Assembly (NCBI RefSeq): GCF_001194135.2
Contig: NC_069000.1
Span: 35,475,727-35,539,726 of the forward strand
Source of the DNA: Octopus bimaculoides
Lineage: Eukaryota
DNA: 64,000 nt
Reading direction: 5' to 3'
Shown: positions 61,780-64,000 of the stretch, one piece after another
Position numbering within the stretch: the first letter of the stretch is position 1
How the letters are laid out: every line of letters begins with the position of its first letter
Notes under the pieces: model-generated
What the model was told of the DNA's origin: nothing
Database searches by the model: none
Seen by the model: the letters and a program-made list of their open reading frames with translations, nothing else
Made by a program: the position numbers and the translations under genes

Positions 61780-62925
61780 TGGGTTCAAATTTTGGCACAA
61801 GGCCAGCAATTTCGTGGGAGGAGGCAAGATGATTACTTCGACTCTAGTACTCAACTGGTACTTATTTTATCAAACCCGAAAGGATGAAAAGCAAACTCGA
61901 TCTCGGCAAAATTTAAACTCAGAACGTGGCCGACGGACGAAATACCGCTAAGTATTTTGCTCAGCGTGCTAACGATTCTGTCAGCTCACCGCTATATATT
62001 GTTTCAAATTTTGGCACAAAACCAGCAATTTCGGGGAACGTGGTAAGTTGATCACTTCAACCCTAGTACTCAACGGATACTTATTTTATCGACCTAGGCG
62101 AAATTTGAGCTTGAAATGTAAAAACAGACTAAATCTTTTCTGCTCTAGGCACAAGACCCGAAAGTTTTGGGGGGAGGGAACCAGTCGATTAGATCGACCC
62201 AGTACGCGACTAGCACTTAAGTTATCGATCCTGAAAGGATGAAAGGAAAAGTCGACCTCGGCGGAATTTGAACTCGGAACATAAAGACAGACGAAATACC
62301 GATTTCTTTATTACCCACAAGGGCTAAACACAGATAGGACAATACACACATGCGGGGACAATTAACACATGATAGAATGGAACAATGAAATTAAACAATG
62401 ATGATGGGACGACCACGTTATTTCAATTATTTCAACAGTTCTCAATAGTTCCTTTCACAGTCTTCGATAGTTCTTTTCAAAATTATCTCAATTTATCCAA
62501 AATAAAACTAGTCACCATTTTATATAATATTTTATTTCCTCGTAGTTCACCACTGGAGCGCTGGATTCTAAATTCACCTNNNNNNNNNNCGCAGTGAGTA
62601 ATATAACACGTTCGACCAGTAAACTCACAGAGCCGTTATATCGCTAAGCAGTTCGACCGGCGTGCTAACGTTTCTTATTTCTTATTTCTTTACTGCCCAC
62701 AAGGGGCTATACACAGAGGGGACAAACAAGGACAGACAAACGGATTAAGTCGATTACATCGACCCCAGTGTGTAACTGGTACTTAATTTATCGACCCCGA
62801 AAGGATGAAAGGCAAAGTCGACCTCAGCGGAATTTGAACTCAGAACGTAATGGCAGACGAAATACCGCTAAGCATTTCGTCCGGCGAGTTAACGTTTCTA
62901 CCGACTCGCAGCCTTTCCCGCCAGC
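61780..62925 (-). mobile_element. Cluster of about 5 partial or complete minus-strand family B SINEs
   Basis: Repeated TTTTGGCACAAG...GAAAGGATGAAAGG.AAAGTCGACCTCGGCGGAATTTGAACTC. Confidence 0.82.
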
Positions 62926-64000
62926 TCACTGACTTAATCATGTATACATTACCATTTGGTTTATCCACAAAATTATTTACTGGTTCCAATAACGCATTTT
63001 CCTGTATGAACCTATTAAATTTTTCCTGCTTACTAGCTGACAATATATGCATCTATGACAACGAGCAGGTGCAGTGGAGGAGGGGGTCAACATAGCCATG
63101 TGGATTCTTTAGGGTTTGAATAAAAGAAACAAGCAAAATTTGAAGGAAATATTAGCCGTTTTTCATACTTTCTAAGAGTAAGTAAAAAGAAAATAACAAT
63201 TGCTACCCTTCTGTAATAAGTTCCTTACCATTAATATGACTAGTAAAAAAAAAAAAAAAAAACCTTATGCTCAGGTGCTGAAATTTGATTCTTCATTTGG
63301 TAAGGGCAAAAGGGAAACGACAAAATGCTAAACCTACCTTTGAACATTATAGTTTGACATTCATCCTTCTTCATGCACAAGGCCTATAGTTCTAATCAGA
63401 CACCATCAATTGCATTTCGAAAAGTGATGATGTAACTCTTCAATGTTGTAAAACAAAGAATTGTCAGGATAAAACATTAGAGTTAACGACTGTCAAATTT
63501 GGTGCATAAGAAAATCGGACATTTCATTCTTAATGACCAAATATATATTATACATATGTGCGACGGCCCTTTTTTCGGTTTCCGTCTGCCAAATCTACTC
63601 ACAAGACTTAGGTCGGCCCGAAGCTATAGCAGAAGATACTTTCCCAAAATGCCATTCAGTAGGACTGATCCCGGAACCATGTGGTTGGGAAGCAGCTATT
63701 TGAGAACAAAAGTTTAATTTAATGGGAAAATATTTATTAGAGAAATGTATATATTTTTTTAATAGAATTTGGTACACATACATACAGCAAGAGGTTATTC
63801 AACAAAACCGCTATCGGCCTCCATTACTGCCTTGATACAATTTCTGAAACGATTAAATGTGTTGAGCAAGGTGGTCGTCATTCATGTTGCTCTTAACGCC
63901 CCTAATAGCAGACATCAACGAGTCCATGCTTCTTGATCTCCCTCTCAACAACACCCTAGACGTAGTAGTCCGGTGGGGTGGGGTTCAATCAGATCTAGTG

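Noticed and set aside
1-64000. CRISPR arrays, rRNA, prokaryotic operons or defence systems
   Set aside because: No regularly spaced repeat-spacer arrays or rRNA motifs; the sequence is a spliced eukaryotic locus

Overview
Eukaryotic, AT-rich, repeat-dense draft-assembly DNA with many N gaps. The SINE and microsatellite content points to a coleoid cephalopod, probably Octopus (inference). The only gene I can firmly support is the 3' part of cytoplasmic dynein-2 heavy chain (DYNC2H1, the IFT retrograde motor) on the + strand. Sixteen GT-AG exons (about 850 codons, AAA5 through strut, AAA6 and the C-terminal domain) run from 6285 to the stop at 43364. Phase logic and recalled homology show that at least two further exon blocks are missing from the called bases, most likely inside N gaps. 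The introns and the 3' flank hold several tRNA-derived SINE families, RTE, Tx1/L1 and Dong/R4 LINE fragments, a Helitron helicase relic with its 3' end, piggyBac, Tc1/mariner and Tigger relics, and several foldback MITEs. I cannot establish a new biological system from this sequence. The best leads are: a SINE with a 17-bp TSD that carries the first canonical poly(A) signals after the DYNC2H1 stop; (TAA)n-embedded Dong/R4 elements; a tRNA-Met-like Pol III unit between direct repeats; long intronic hairpins; and a few unassigned exon-like segments. All protein comparisons are from memory of the families, not from a database search.
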